In this document: one piece after another, positions 1 to 12,709 of the stretch | Position numbering within the stretch: the stretch's first letter is position 1 | Layout of the letters: every line of letters begins with the position of its first letter | Source of the DNA: Eledone cirrhosa | Lineage: Eukaryota | Direction: 5' to 3' | Length of the DNA: 64,000 nucleotides | Assembly (NCBI GenBank): GCA_964016885.1 | Contig: OZ024742.1 | Span: forward strand, 130,324,001 to 130,388,000 | Program-made: the position numbers and the translations under genes | The notes under the pieces: generated by a model | What the model saw: only the letters and a program-made list of their open reading frames with translations | The model's database searches: none | Told to the model about the DNA's origin: nothing

Positions 1-77
<77 letters not shown>

Positions 78-360
78 GTTTATATATATTTATATATGTA
101 TATATGTGTGTGTGTGTGTGTATGTGAGTATGTGTGTGTGTATATGTGTATATATGCATACGCATAAGTTCACAGACATATATGAATGTAATATATATCA
201 ATATATATATATATATGTATATCTATATATATATATATATATATAAATATCAATATATATATATATATATATGTAATTATATATATATATTTATGTATGT
301 ACGTGTATGTGTGTGTGTCTCTCTCTCGTCCCCTCTCTCTCTCTCTGTATATATATATAT
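1..360. repeat. (TA)n/(TG)n compound microsatellite
   Basis: Direct inspection; similar tracts recur throughout the window. Confidence 0.95.
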
Positions 361-419
361 ATTAGTTCATTGGTTCTGCATATAAAAGGAAATGAGTCCT
401 TCGTCTCAGACGACAAAAA

Positions 420-528
420 CACCTACCACCACCACCATCACCACCACTACAAACACCTACCACCACCACCACCACCACTACCACCATCACCACCACCACC
501 ATCACCACACACCACTACTATTACTATT
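420..528. repeat. (CAC)n/(TAC)n trinucleotide microsatellite
   Basis: Direct inspection. Confidence 0.9.
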
Positions 529-799
529 AATCTTATCACTATGGGTACATCAACAATTAACTTCTGTGAGTGATTGTTCGACCTGCTAAAAATAGCAGCC
601 ACATTTCTCTCAAATTACTCCCTACCGCCTGTACATGGGAAAGAGAAAGAAAGGCACTGTCACGGTTTTTGATCAGATGTCTGCTCGATATGTGCGGACT
701 TCGAGTTAAATAACAAATTAAACTACTGTAACTATTACTAATACCTCCGCTACTAATACAACTACCATGTTTATTCTATTATAAGACCTACTTTAATAA

Positions 800-995
800 G
801 TGTTTCTACTTTTTGGCACAAGGCCAGCAAATTACCCAGTGCATTACTGGTATTTTATTTTATCGACCCCCCCCCCCCGTAAGGATGAAAGGCAAAGTTA
901 ACCTCGGCGAGATTTGAACTCAGAATGGCAAGGGCCGTAACTCTATGCGTCAAATCATGGCGTCCGACCCTCTACCGATACTGCCAATCCAACGC
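800..995 (-). mobile_element. tRNA-derived SINE, major family (Meta-domain-like core)
   Basis: Reverse strand has A-box TGGCAGTATCGG, B-box GAGTTCAAATC and core GCCTTTCATCCTTACGGGG..TCGATAAAAT; more than 15 copies in the window. Confidence 0.85.
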
Positions 996-1794
996 TGTAG
1001 ACCTACTTTAATAATAAACCCTAACGCATTTTTGCGAAAAAAAAATTAACATAAAAATAATATAAAACGCAGATTTCCCGAGTCTTGCTGATTACTAATA
1101 TCATAAATTCTTTCAATGATATTGTTTGTAACTCTACCTTTTATTTTTGATATCTATATAATGATACTTTTATCAAAACTCTTGGCTGTTATTTTTTGTA
1201 TAAAACTATAAGCCCCATCCCTAGTCCTAGTGTCTTTTTTTAAAGGAAAATTATTACCATCCTCCGGGGAAACCTCATTTGCTTACCACATGGAGAGATG
1301 GGGAGGGTGAGAGAGATGGAGGCGATGACAGTGGGGGGTTCGGCTCTTCCACGTTCGGACCATGTCCTTATGGTTGTGTTCATCAAGCCCCACTGCAGTA
1401 ACGAAATATATGTAAAAATAATTAAAGACCTGTCTTATAATAGGTGAAACACGGTACTACTATTTATGTTGCAAGTCAACAAGGTAGCCTCTTCCTAAAC
1501 GTTTATGCTGCTAAAAACAACAACCAAATCATATTCTATCCATTTAAAAGAACACATTGGATAAGTCTGTATATATAAAAAAAGGCTAGTCATTGACGGA
1601 AGCCTTTCATCACAAGATTTTTAAACAGAAACATAGGTTTGTTAAACAACAACATAGGTTTGTTTAACAACAACATAGGTTTGTTTAACTATTTATGTTA
1701 CCACAATTACCATAACTACCACTATCACCACTACCACCACGACTATGTATTTCATCAGCATAATTTACTACCACCATCGCCATCAGTCAGCCCC

Positions 1795-1864
1795 ACCATG
1801 TACTACTACTACCACCACCACCACTACTACTATTACTACTACTACTACAACTACCACCACTACT

Positions 1865-1897
<33 letters not shown>

Positions 1898-1940
1898 GGT
1901 ACTGCTGCTGCTGCTGCTGCTACTGCTACTACTACTACCA

Positions 1941-1976
<36 letters not shown>

Positions 1977-1977
1977 A
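1795..1977. repeat. (TAC)n/(TGC)n microsatellite
   Basis: Direct inspection. Confidence 0.95.
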
Positions 1978-2263
1978 CGTTCTTTTCACACCACACCTAT
2001 AAATAGCCTTATCATGTTACACTTCCATTTTACCTGCTGTAAAAGTTTTTATTTTTGATGCATTGACTGATTGCAAGCTGTAGTCCCCCCCCCTCTTTCT
2101 ATCCCCTGCACATGGATGATTCTAACTATTCTTTCTTGTATTATAGATGTATATGAATACTTATTACATGCGACTCAGTGGTTAGGGTAACGAACTTTAC
2201 GACTCAGTGGAGCTTAGTCTTTCATTTCATACAGTTCCAGTCGATTTCGGCTGAATATTTTTC

Positions 2264-2773
2264 TATGAGTTGCTAACTCTACGTTCAATCTTTCCCCGTT
2301 TCTGGTGGAAGACTGTGAATGGTTTCCTACAACCCTTCTCACCAGTATATGAGTTGTTAGCCATACGTTCAATCTTTCCCCGTTTCTGGTGGAAGACTGT
2401 GAATGGTTTCCTACAACCCTTCTCACCAGTATATGAGTTGTTAGCCATACGTTCAATCTTTCCTCGTTTCTGGTGGAAGACAGTGTGAATGGTTTCCTAC
2501 AACCCTTCTCACCAGTATATGAGTTGTTAGCCATACGTTCAATCTTTCCCCGTTTCTGGTGGAAGACAGTGTGAATGGTTTCCTACAACCCTTCTCACCA
2601 GTATATGAGTTGTTAGCCATACGTTCAATCTTTCCCCGTTTCTGGTGGAAGACAGTGTGAATGGTTTCCTACACCCTTCTCACCAGTATATGAGTTGTTA
2701 GCCATACGTTCAATCTTTCCCCGTTTCTGGTGGAAAGCAGTGTGAATGGTATCCTACAAGCCTTCTCACCAGT
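2264..2773. repeat. Minisatellite, 6 copies of an 84-86 bp unit
   Basis: Unit TATGAGTTGTTAGCCATACGTTCAATC...TTCTCACCAGTA starts at 2264, 2348, 2432, 2518, 2604 and 2689. Confidence 0.95.
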
Positions 2774-2928
2774 AATTATTTTAACGTGCATTTCACCTCT
2801 AATTTAGTGCTTTGTGCCAATCTGAGAAATTGGTAGTATCGGTAGGATTGTCACCTGCCGAGACCCTAATCTGTATGAAATTTGAGGCCCATACGGTTAA
2901 AAAAAAATTAAATATTGTTATTTTTTGG

Positions 2929-3280
2929 GGCGGTGGATTGGCAGTATCGGTAGAGCAAATCATGCCGAGGATAACTTTGCCTTTCATCTTTACGGGGTTA
3001 ATAAAATAAAGTTCCAGTAACACAGTGGTGTCGATTTAATCGACTTTTCCCTTCCCCAAAATTGTTTGCCTTTTGCCTTAATGAGAAACCATTATTTGTG
3101 GATTGGCAGTATAAGTAGAGAGTCGGACGCCATGCTTTCCAGCATAGTTACGCCCTTTTACAATCTGAGTTCAAATCCCGCCGAGGTTAACTTTGCCTTT
3201 CATCCTTACGGGGTCGATAAAATAAAGTACCAGTAATGTACTGGGTATTTGCTGGCCTTGCGCCAAATGTAGAAACAATT
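2929..3280 (+). mobile_element. Two adjacent copies of the major tRNA-SINE
   Basis: GGATTGGCAGTAT head and GCCTTTCATC core occur twice. Confidence 0.8.
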
Positions 3281-3336
3281 TTTTGTTATATTAATGTTAA
3301 TAATAAAGAATGAAGAACATGTATATATATATTATA

Positions 3337-4616
3337 TACGAGGGGGGATTAAAAAGTTCGCGGAATTTTATCGTAGTAAGAAAAAAAAGGTTAAAACAAT
3401 ATTAAACATGTCAGAACATTGTCACTGGGTGTTTACCTTGCTATTAGTCACTTGCAGTCAGTTATGCATGGACTATTGTACAGTACTGACACAGTTTGAA
3501 AAAATCTTTTTGGAACAATGGAAAATATTTATTTTGAGATAAGATCGAATATCAAGTTTCTGGTGAAACTCAAATGGAAAGGGACACAGATTATGGAGGC
3601 TTTAATTAAAGTTTACGGTACTACTGCTCCAAAGAAAACTGCTGTCTACAAGTGGATTCAGCGATTCAAACAAGGGAGAGACGACCTTGAAGACGATCAT
3701 CGCAGTGGAAGACGAGGAACATAAAAAAATGACCAAACGTTGAGGCTGCTCAGACTTTAATTGAAGAAGATCGAAGAATAACAGTTAATCAGTTAGCTAA
3801 GTCCCTAGACATTTCATATGGTTCGGCAAATTCAATTCTGCACGATAATTTGGGACAAAGCAAGCTTTCAGTGCGATGGGTCCCAAAAGCATTGCGCCCT
3901 GATCAGCTGATTCTTTGAAGTGATCTGTCTTTGGCGATATTAAACAAAATTGACCACAATCATTACCGGAGATCTACCAGTATGATCCTGAATCCAAACA
4001 GCAGTCACAACAGTGGCTTCCACGTGGATCATTGGGGCCAATCAAGTTCAAATCTCAAACGTCGGATAAAAAAGTGATGGCCACCATTTTCTCGGATTCA
4101 GATGGGGTGATACTAATAGATTATCTTGAAGGTCAAATAACTGTGACAAGAGCTTACTATGCAAATGTTTTAAGGAAACTGAAAGAGGCATTAGTCAAGA
4201 AACGAAAAGGGAAACTTCATGGTGGGATCTTGTTTCACCATGACAATGCACCAGCGCATTCTGCGCGGGTTGCAAAAGAAGCTCTTCGAGAATTTCGATG
4301 GGAAGTGCTTCCTCACCCGCTTTATAGTCCAGATTTAGCCCCATCAGACTTTTTCCTCTTTCCAAAACTCAAAGAAATGCTAAAAGGAACCTGTTTTAGT
4401 GGTGTTGAAGAAGCTAAAAACACTGCCAACACATGACTTCGAACAAGGCCTTCAACTTTCTTTAGAGACGGCTTACGAAGCTGGAAGCATCGCCTTGTGA
4501 AGTGTATTGACCTGGATGGCAACTATGCAGAAAAATAAATTGAAGGTAAATCATATTTTTTGAAAAATAGAATATTTTCTGAAAAATTCCGCGAACTTTT
4601 TGATCACCACCTCGTA
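3337..4616 (+). mobile_element. Full-length mariner DNA transposon (~1.28 kb)
   Basis: TIRs TACGAGGGGGGATTAAAAAGTTCGCGGAATTTT / AAAATTCCGCGAACTTTTTGATCACCACCTCGTA in TA context. Confidence 0.95.
3518..4540 (+). pseudogene. Disrupted mariner DD34D transposase
   Basis: HTH (VYKWIQRFKQG..RSGR), RWVP, HHDNAPAH and YSPDLAPSDF motifs spread over frames with stops and frameshifts. Confidence 0.93.
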
Positions 4617-4839
4617 TATATATACCGGCGCCGAAGACGCTTCGTCCTTGAGGATGCACTCTAATTTTGACAACCACAAATTTGAAAAAAAATAATAAAC
4701 AACCTTTGGCCTCCAGGGCACATGGTAGATTATGGAGACTTATTTTAGGGAAAAAGTAACGTCTTCGACGCCAGGAAATCTGGTTTATATGTGTATATAT
4801 ATATTGGCAACATGACCCTCCCAAAGTATAACAATATAT

Positions 4840-4870
<31 letters not shown>

Positions 4871-4879
4871 TCTTTATTC

Positions 4880-4954
<75 letters not shown>

Positions 4955-4959
<5 letters not shown>

Positions 4960-5332
4960 AGTAAAAGCGAAGTAGTTTCAGATGTTCAAGTCCTTTAATA
5001 ATAATGCTGTGATATATATTTCAATGACGACACTGGCCACACTGGTCTGTGTGCGAGTCTCGTGACATCATCAGACAGCTTGTTACATAATAAGGTTATG
5101 TTTCCGAGGCAATCCAAGTTGAATCGACATGGGAACGGACGAAGTGTGTGCTTTTGGGTTCTTCATCCGTTCCCCCGTGAGTACCAATTCACCCCCACCT
5201 GTCTGCGCAGGCGCATGTCCGAAGGAAGTAGACCATTAGCTACCGCAGATTTCAACGAAATTCGCTTAGTCAGTTCACCCTCTCAGCCAAACAATGACCC
5301 ATTTAGGCCTGTACCATAGTTTACTGCTACCC

Positions 5333-5333
<1 letters not shown>
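4955..5333 (-). mobile_element. Penelope-like pLTR-type non-coding element in (TA)n/(GA)n, family B
   Basis: Reverse-complement copy of 22779-23115; contains a hammerhead fold. Confidence 0.8.
5006..5079 (-). ncRNA. Type I hammerhead ribozyme (family B)
   Basis: gctgt CTGATGA [long stem II] GAAA tatata TC acagc on the reverse strand. Confidence 0.8.
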
Positions 5334-5398
<65 letters not shown>

Positions 5399-5789
5399 CC
5401 AGCTACCTCATTGTTTCCCTCGTCTGACCCTCTAGTATTCCTTTTCTCACTTACATTCGCTGGGGCAAGACGTGTCTATTCACTCGCCCACACGCTCTTG
5501 AACTTAAGTTCTCTTATCACTGTGGTCTTGGATTTTCTTACCTAAAGTTGTTCGTACATTGTTCCGTTTGTTATTTTTTTTCGCTGTTTTCTCTTTTCTT
5601 CCTTTTTCCCTTCTATTTTCCTTCCCTCCCTCCTCCGTTTTCCCAATAACTTACCCAGTTATTGAACGCTCTGGGCGGTAGATATATTGTCTTTAAAGCA
5701 TGGAGATATCCGAGACCCCCCAGTAGACAACTGATGAAGAAACCCCCCTCCCGTTCTTGCTTTCTTCTTATTCTCACTCCATTTTAAGC

Positions 5790-5878
<89 letters not shown>

Positions 5879-5887
5879 GTATATATA

Positions 5888-5935
<48 letters not shown>

Positions 5936-5943
5936 TACACACA

Positions 5944-6000
5944 CAGGGTGTCCCCCAAAATGTATGCACACTTCAAGAATATTCTAATAAGTATGTGGTA
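5944..6000 (+). mobile_element. Tc1/mariner terminal fragment
   Basis: CAGGGTGTCCCCCAAAATGTATGCACA resembles the TIR of the MITE at 12177. Confidence 0.6.
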
Positions 6001-6466
6001 TGTGTATAATTTCTGATGATTTAGTTTTAAAGAATGAAAACTAATGATAGAATAAAAAATATATTTTTCAAAATGAGACTCCTGCGAGTATGTGGCCTTG
6101 AGTTATAGCTAATTTAGCTTTTAGGTCAGTCCACCACTGTTTGTGATAATGGAACAGTCCGATCTATGAGTCATTTACTGATTCTTCTATAATTGTTGAA
6201 TTCTTGTTGTTGTCTAGGTAGGTAGTTTGAGTAATAATACAAACAAGATGCAGCGTTGCATAAAATGGTGGAATGATTTGATATAGACAGGAAATAATGG
6301 TTTTTAATTTAGGAAGAAGGCCAGCGATTTCGGGGAAAGAGCAAGGTCAATTGAATCAACCTCAATATTTTTACTGGTATAAAGTCTGCGGGGTGCGTTT
6401 TATCATGTTACCATCATGAGTGCCGCTCTGTAAATCTCTGATTATTATCTGATTACAATCCTAAGC

Positions 6467-6970
6467 GTGGACTCTTTCGGCCTCCACCCGCTTTCTTGTC
6501 GCCACAGTGCCGACCGCCTTCCACGCCATGCTGCCCTCAACGAGGTCATAAAGCATGGCTTGGACGCTGCAGGCTTCCCTTCCAAACTCGAGCCGGTGGG
6601 GCTGTACCGAGGGGACGGCAAAAGGCCAGATGGCATGACCATCTTCCCGTTCCGCGGTGGCAAACCCCTCGTCTGGGATGCCACTTGCACCGACAGTTTC
6701 TCCAGCCGCAACCCGGTGTAGTCGGGCTGAGGAGGCCAAACTCTTCGAATACCGGTCGCTCTCCGACAGGTTTGAGGTTTTACCCTTGGCAGTGGAGACT
6801 TCTGGTGTCATCAGTCCTAGGGATACCGCTCTACTCACCACCATAGGCGCTGAGCTGGCCAGCCTCGGGTGTGAGCCTCCCGAGCTGGAATAGCTTTTCC
6901 AGCGAATCTCCCTTGCCGTACTCCGGGGAAACGCCTTCTCCATTCTGTCTGCCGGGGCTGTGGGGAGGCC
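6467..6970 (+). mobile_element. 5'-truncated CRE-clade non-LTR retrotransposon (restriction-like endonuclease C-terminus)
   Basis: HPLSC..RHAALN..LEP..KRPDG..WDATC..AEEAK..LAVETSG..FQRISLAVLRGNA; 28-bp direct repeat at 6439-6466 and 7227-7254. Confidence 0.8.
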
Positions 6971-8022
6971 ACCAATATGATTGATTGACTGACTTGTCAT
7001 TTTATCAGTCAGATGTTTTTAGGCATCACCCAGTTAATTATGATTCATTCTGTGCTGTAGATATAATTATACTGTGTATAGATGAGTTTGTATAAAATTG
7101 ATTCAAAGTTGATCATTCAATTACATAAATAATCTCATTGTATCAATTAACACTCACTCCTATATTAATTTATTTGCTATTGAACTATGTTGTTGCTCTA
7201 ATGGTAAATAAAAATATTCATCTCAGTGATTATTATCTGATTACAATCCTAAGCAAGATGACAAGTAATCACGTAGACTGCAGGTTTCACTTCAAAATTT
7301 CCCTCTCTTAGAAGAATGTCATAACAACAGCTCGGCGTCCTTCATTCCTAGTGGACATACTGCGTGTCCTGACACCAACCGGGAGGGTTTTTGAGTTCTC
7401 GTCCCTCGCACAGATGGGTTGTCATAATCATGATTAAGGAGTCTTATCTACCCCGGTTTCGAAAGCAGAGTGACCCTTCTCCTAGACGGATTGCCACCCA
7501 AGTCTCTCTCTCTCTCTCCCCCTCACTCACTCTCTCTATCTGTGCCAGGCCACCTCGCATCAACAGAAGTTTGGTAAATACATTTAAATAATACTTTTGC
7601 AAGCAAACACTCATACACATCACACCTGATATACAGCATCACACAATTCAACTGTGGTTAGTTGTTCTTCATGTATTGTCGTATAACTTCTTCAACGAAA
7701 GTTATATTTAGTAAATTAGTAACATAGCGGCTTTGTGTTATTGTGGTCGATATATTTTATTTCTTATGTGATCAAGGTAAATCACTTACCCAAGGATTCA
7801 TCATCATCATCATCGTCATCATAACGAACACTTATTTACTTGCACACCTGTATTCTCTGCTCACACTGTATCAAACACAGCGATCTTTCGCCTACATTCT
7901 ACACAACAGTGACCATACAACTAAGCAACCCAAGTGAGTACACACAGCAACCGAATCAACACCACAACTCACCACCATCCAGTTCCAGCATCAATAACAC
8001 TTGAAGCAGTTAAGTAAAATAA

Positions 8023-8205
8023 TTGTTTCTACTTTTTGCACAAGGCCAGCAATTATTCCAGTGCATTACTGGTACTTTATTTTATCGACCCCGTAAGGAT
8101 GAAAGGCAAAGTTAACCTCGGCGGGATTTGAACTCAGATCGTAAATGCCCGTAACTCCATGCTGCAAAGCATGGCGTCCAACCCTCTAACGATACTGCCA
8201 AGCCA
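8023..8205 (-). mobile_element. Major tRNA-SINE copy
   Basis: Same consensus as 800-995. Confidence 0.85.
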
Positions 8206-8789
8206 ATAAGTAAAATAATGATAATAGTTATTATTTGTATTTGTAGTTTGTATCTTTTGTATCAACAGAGGTCACCAATATATCAGACATTAGATAGTCA
8301 CCAGTTTAGCTGTTAAATAATATTAACGACAATATGTAGTTTTTGTAACAGGGAAGGTATAATTTATTAACAAAGGTTAACGTGAGAAGAGCTCGCATGA
8401 GCTGGGCTGGCGTGCCAAAACAAATGAATAAACGAATTAAGATTGCAGAAGGCACGGTCTACTGGCTGAGGTGTTGGCCAGGCCCGTGGTTAAATTGTTG
8501 TTTTACATATTGGCTAATAGTTGCGGGACAAAAGAAAAATTGGTCTTTACCTTTCCACAGTTGAAATTTAAAAAAAATGAATTTATTAAAAGTAGCGGGA
8601 AAGTCTCGGTTTGGGCAGAAGTTGAAAATACATATCCGTGCGCGGCTCAGGATTGGCCTGACTTAGCCAAATCACGCACGGACAGTCTATCAATGCGCCA
8701 AATGAAAGTAGCTTGCTACACACTCAATAATAGGACCCGCCATATATATGAAGTCAGTTTTGTCATATCATTTGTCACACTGAATAGCA

Positions 8790-9360
8790 ACTTTATGCAA
8801 TCTTAGTCTCCAATTTAATGTAACGTTGTGACCAGACTTTAATTTCCAGTCCACCAAAGGCTTTTGCTGGAATGTGACATTGTCGGTGCGTAAACACTCT
8901 CAATTATCAGGAATCAACATTTTAGCCGGAGCCGGAAATTCTTGGATACAGTCCAGGTTTGAGTTTTTAATTGTAAAACCAGCACTTTAATCTCTCCTTT
9001 GCCCTTCAGGCAAACCTTTCCAAAAGAAAGTGTAACCGGCTTTTCAGTAAGTTCCCCATCTCCAAGTGGACGCGTCTCAGATAATGCAGCGACGTCCAGA
9101 TCATAGCACAGCAATTAATGTTGTGCGACGTTCTACTCTATCATACTTATTGTTGTCTAAGAGAGTACAAACATTCCAGCAAGAAAACTTCATACTCACC
9201 TTCGGTTTCTTCTGTGGTTGATTGTTTGTATTTGTCACAGTAGCAGGGCAGCGACCAGGCCCAGGTTGTGGCATCCTAGGGCACCTGCCGAGCCGGACAT
9301 GTTCTTCAGAAGATCCTAAGCCCTTTCTGCCATTGACTGACTTTGTTTGAGGCATTTCAA
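8790..9360 (-). mobile_element. RTE (BovB-like) LINE 5' fragment, AP-endonuclease start
   Basis: FSCWNVCTLLD..ERRTTLIA..YDLDVAALSETR..SVYAPT on the reverse strand, frameshifted. Confidence 0.8.
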
Positions 9361-9759
9361 TTAGAATTATGGATGCATTTTTAGGTTACTGCCATCCCCC
9401 GTTTATGATCTTAAATAACGAGGAAAGTGTACAAGAAGTACCTATGCTAAATATTATTTTTAAAGTGGATGTAGCTTGCACAACACTACCCCAACGTTTT
9501 GGTGCATGAAGTTGCTATTCATTGTGACAAATAGCATAACAAGACTGAATACTTCATGAATCTCAAGTTTTACATTGTAGTTCCTCTTCTAGGTAGATCA
9601 CTAACCAAGGTTACGGAACTACTACACCCCACAAAAAATTAAAGGTTAAAAGGTAAAAATGATTAAAATGTATTAAAAAAAAAGGTGAAAGATAAAAGAT
9701 AAAAGACATACCCATATAAATATATATATAAAAACACAAAAGTATATACATCTGTACAG

Positions 9760-9862
9760 GTGTGAGGCTTGCGAGCTGGAATGGCTCTTCCAGCGCATCT
9801 CCTTTACCATCCCCCGGGGAAACGCCTTTTCCATTCTGTCCGCCGGGGCTGTGGGGAGGCCA
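9760..9862 (+). mobile_element. CRE-like 3' fragment
   Basis: Homologous to 6868-6970 (LEWLFQRIS..GNAFSILSAGAV). Confidence 0.75.
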
Positions 9863-10204
9863 GCTCGTGGGACCCCATACGGAGAGATGGCGATGGTAAG
9901 AGAGATGGAGGCGACAGTGCCTTGTGAGTTTGACTCATTCTCCCTAGGGACTTTAGCCAAAATGTACTTTATGATCTTTGATGTCAGCCTATACAATTAT
10001 ATTTGATTGGATGGCCGTTGACTCTCCTGAGTTCCTCCGCTCTTTGTTGTTGTTTTTTGTCCTGCAGGATGTCCAAATACCCTCCTCACCAAACAATCCT
10101 GCGGTAGTTGCCAGTTTAGTCGCTGACAACCCGATCATCTAGCAGGTTGTACTGGATTACATGTTACCTGTTGCGCACAAAAGCGCGCGTGCGTGCGCGT
10201 GTTT

Positions 10205-10510
10205 GTTTTGCAAGATTCTTGATGTGAAATCGTGTGTTGAAACAGATATTAATATATTTGGGGATGGTCATGTTGCCAATATTACCAATAAAAACACACA
10301 CACTATTTGATTTTCACTTCAGTTTTATTATTAATTATTTGTTAGATCGTTAAAGTTCTTTCGTCACGCATTCTATGACCTCAATGTCTATTTATTTTGT
10401 AATGAAAGAACTTTGACGAACTAATAACTAATAATAAAGCTGAAGTGAAAATCAATTAGTGCGTGTGTCTTTTATCGGCAATTTTGGTAACATGACTATC
10501 CTTAAATATA
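10205..10510. mobile_element. Degenerate fold-back element, family H (related to 61804-62280)
   Basis: Imperfect inverted arms ~10253-10365 and ~10400-10510 containing GAAAGAACTTTGAC hammerhead 3' halves. Confidence 0.7.
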
Positions 10511-10664
10511 ACTCCAGTTCCCGAAGAAGGACTGATGTCCGAAGCGCCGAACCGTCCTCTACTTTCTCCCAAGCGTGATACTAATAAGACTTTGTATTTT
10601 TGCATCTCTGAGTGTGTCTTATCATTTCGTGAACCACACACACACACACACATACATAAACGTA

Positions 10665-10945
10665 GAGGCACGTGGCTTAGTGGTAAGGGGGTTGGACTTA
10701 CGATCATAATATCGTGGGTTCGATTCCTGGGTTTCCCGTTCTGTCTTGAGCAAAACACTTCATTTCACGTTGCTCCAGTATATTCAGCTGAAAATGAGTA
10801 CCAGCAAAAGCTGGGGATTTAACTTTGTGAAGGACTGGTGTCCTGTACAGGGGAGAGTCTTGTACTCACAATCTATTCACGCAATGAAACCGGGATAAGC
10901 AGCGACCAAATGAGCCTTCTGGCTTAAGACAGACGTTAGACTTTT
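10665..10945 (+). mobile_element. Second tRNA-derived SINE family (CORE-like)
   Basis: A-box TGGCTTAGTGG, B-box GGTTCGATTCC, then TCTTGAGCAAAACACTT; related copy ~42770-43040. Confidence 0.75.
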
Positions 10946-10956
10946 TAGACACACAA

Positions 10957-10987
<31 letters not shown>

Positions 10988-10991
10988 AACA

Positions 10992-11028
<37 letters not shown>

Positions 11029-11180
11029 GTATATATATATATTTATAAAACAATGAGTTATTTAATTTGTTGATTATTCAACAAAGTTAATTTATAACAG
11101 ATTAGAAGCACTCAACAGAATTTTCTTTTGGAGTATATCAATAATATTAATAAATGGAAAATATCTTTATAAAACCAATT

Positions 11181-11241
11181 TATTTTATTATACATATTTC
11201 AAGGGTACTAGTATTTTGGCACGCTATCGTCAGATAAAATA
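11181..11241 (-). ncRNA. Type I hammerhead ribozyme (family A)
   Basis: tattttat CTGACGA .. GAAA tatgta TA ataaaata on the reverse strand. Confidence 0.75.
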
Positions 11242-11529
11242 CAATATTTGGTTTACAGGTAATTATTTCTACTTTTGGCACAAGGCCAGCAATTACCAAG
11301 TGCATTACTGGTACTTTATTTTATCGACCCCGTAAGGATGAAAGGCAAAGTTAACCTCGGCGGGATTTGAACTCAGAATGGCAAGGGCCGTAACTCTATG
11401 CGTCAAAGCATGGCGTCCGACCCTTACAGATAATGACATATCGACATATGAACTTAATGTTATGAGTTCTCTACATTGAACTCATAACATTAAGTTGTCG
11501 ATATGTCATTATCCGTAAACCAAATATTG

Positions 11530-11576
11530 TATTTTATCTGACGAAAGCGTACCCTTGAAATATGTATAATAAAATA
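11530..11576 (+). ncRNA. Type I hammerhead ribozyme (family A, short stem II)
   Basis: tattttat CTGACGA aag cgtacc ctt GAAA tatgta TA ataaaata. Confidence 0.8.
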
Positions 11577-11617
11577 AATATGGTTTTATAAAGATATTTT
11601 CCATTTATTAATATCAT

Positions 11618-11652
<35 letters not shown>

Positions 11653-11656
<4 letters not shown>

Positions 11657-11806
11657 CGAAGGAGTTGTGGTAAGGAACCAGATGGACCATAACGCAGCAG
11701 AGTACTCAATACTTAGAGTAGTAGAGTGGTTAATAGGAAAATGTATGACTCCGAAATAGCCGTCGAAACGGCTTGAGCATTGCCGTCGGGGTCATACACT
11801 TTTTCC

Positions 11807-11808
<2 letters not shown>
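11653..11808. mobile_element. (TA)n-embedded hairpin element, family G
   Basis: Copies at 17818-17880, 34125-34262, 53915-54110 and 62510-62605; contains GAAACGGC..GCCGTC hammerhead 3' half. Confidence 0.75.
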
Positions 11809-11838
<30 letters not shown>

Positions 11839-12176
11839 TATACACACACATACACACCATACACACATATATACATTGTGTGTGCGTGATTATATCCCTG
11901 GTCTTTTCCACTTATTTCTTATTTCACACTTAACTCCTTTCCGACCTTAATGCTTTCCTCTTCCCCTTGCCCCAATCTCCAGCACTACAGTTTACTACTT
12001 ATTCTACTTTACCAACTCATCAGCATAATCAACATCATTTACATTTTCACTAATATACTACATTGTTTATAATACACTATATAACTTCCTTCCCGCCCCT
12101 TCTCTTTAAACACACACACACACACACACGCGCACGCACACATATACATACACACACACACATATATATATATATA

Positions 12177-12284
12177 CAGGGTGTCCCAAAAAATGTATAC
12201 ACATTTCAACATTTCAACAGCATTCTAATAAATATTGCATGCACAGGTAATCAAAGTGTGTATACATTTTTTCTGGACACCCTG
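12177..12284. mobile_element. 108-bp Tc1/mariner MITE
   Basis: TIRs CAGGGTGTCCCAAAAAATGTATACACA / TGTGTATACATTTTTTCTGGACACCCTG with TA flanks. Confidence 0.9.
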
Positions 12285-12297
12285 TATGTATATATAA

Positions 12298-12700
12298 GAT
12301 GACCCCTTAGCCTTTGTCAAGGCAGAATTCTAGGAGAAGGAAAACTCTGATATAACACCTGCAACCCTGATGGTATCCAATGATGTTGACTTGTTCTTCT
12401 TTTTGGTAAATATCATCTTGGTTAAGAGAGTGGGACTGGCTTTGTGCAGTGCCTTTGCTCACTATAAAAGCTTCACGGCACAGGCATTGCTTTATATCTG
12501 GAGATCTTTCTGCACTTGTCATCACATGGTACCATGGGCCCAGCACTATGTGTCAATAATTGTCACAAGTGTAGTGTTTGTACCAGAGTTTTCAAGTCGC
12601 TGGCTGGACTAAAAAGTCACACTCGTTCAGCTCATCGGTAGGAGTTCTCCTACATGGCTATAAAGTAGTGGCCGTACTCGAAAACGAGTTGGCAACCACC
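12298..12700. repeat. ~400-bp interspersed repeat ending in (TA)n
   Basis: Highly similar inverted copy at ~60905-61308. Confidence 0.85.
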
Positions 12701-12709
12701 ATATATAAA

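Larger units (their letters stand above)
11045..11615. mobile_element. Fold-back pLTR element (family A) interrupted by a SINE
   Basis: Inverted arms centred at ~11472; SINE 11263-11424 flanked by TTACAGGTAAT / TTACAGATAAT. Confidence 0.85.

Noticed and set aside
134-2002. Low-complexity ORFs (poly-YI, poly-H, poly-T and similar), also at 13086-13637, 42432-44091 and 53376-54448
   Set aside because: Translations of microsatellites and minisatellites
2264-2773. Tandem array as CRISPR or retrozyme
   Set aside because: No unique spacers; the only core-like word (CTGGTGA..GAAA on minus) breaks the conserved core and lacks stems
5680-5765. ttgtct..agacaa CTGATGA hammerhead-like segment
   Set aside because: No GAAA or stem III after the putative stem II
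6406-7582. Possible solo LTR (TGT...ACA) hosting the CRE fragment
   Set aside because: No matching target-site duplication or second copy in the window
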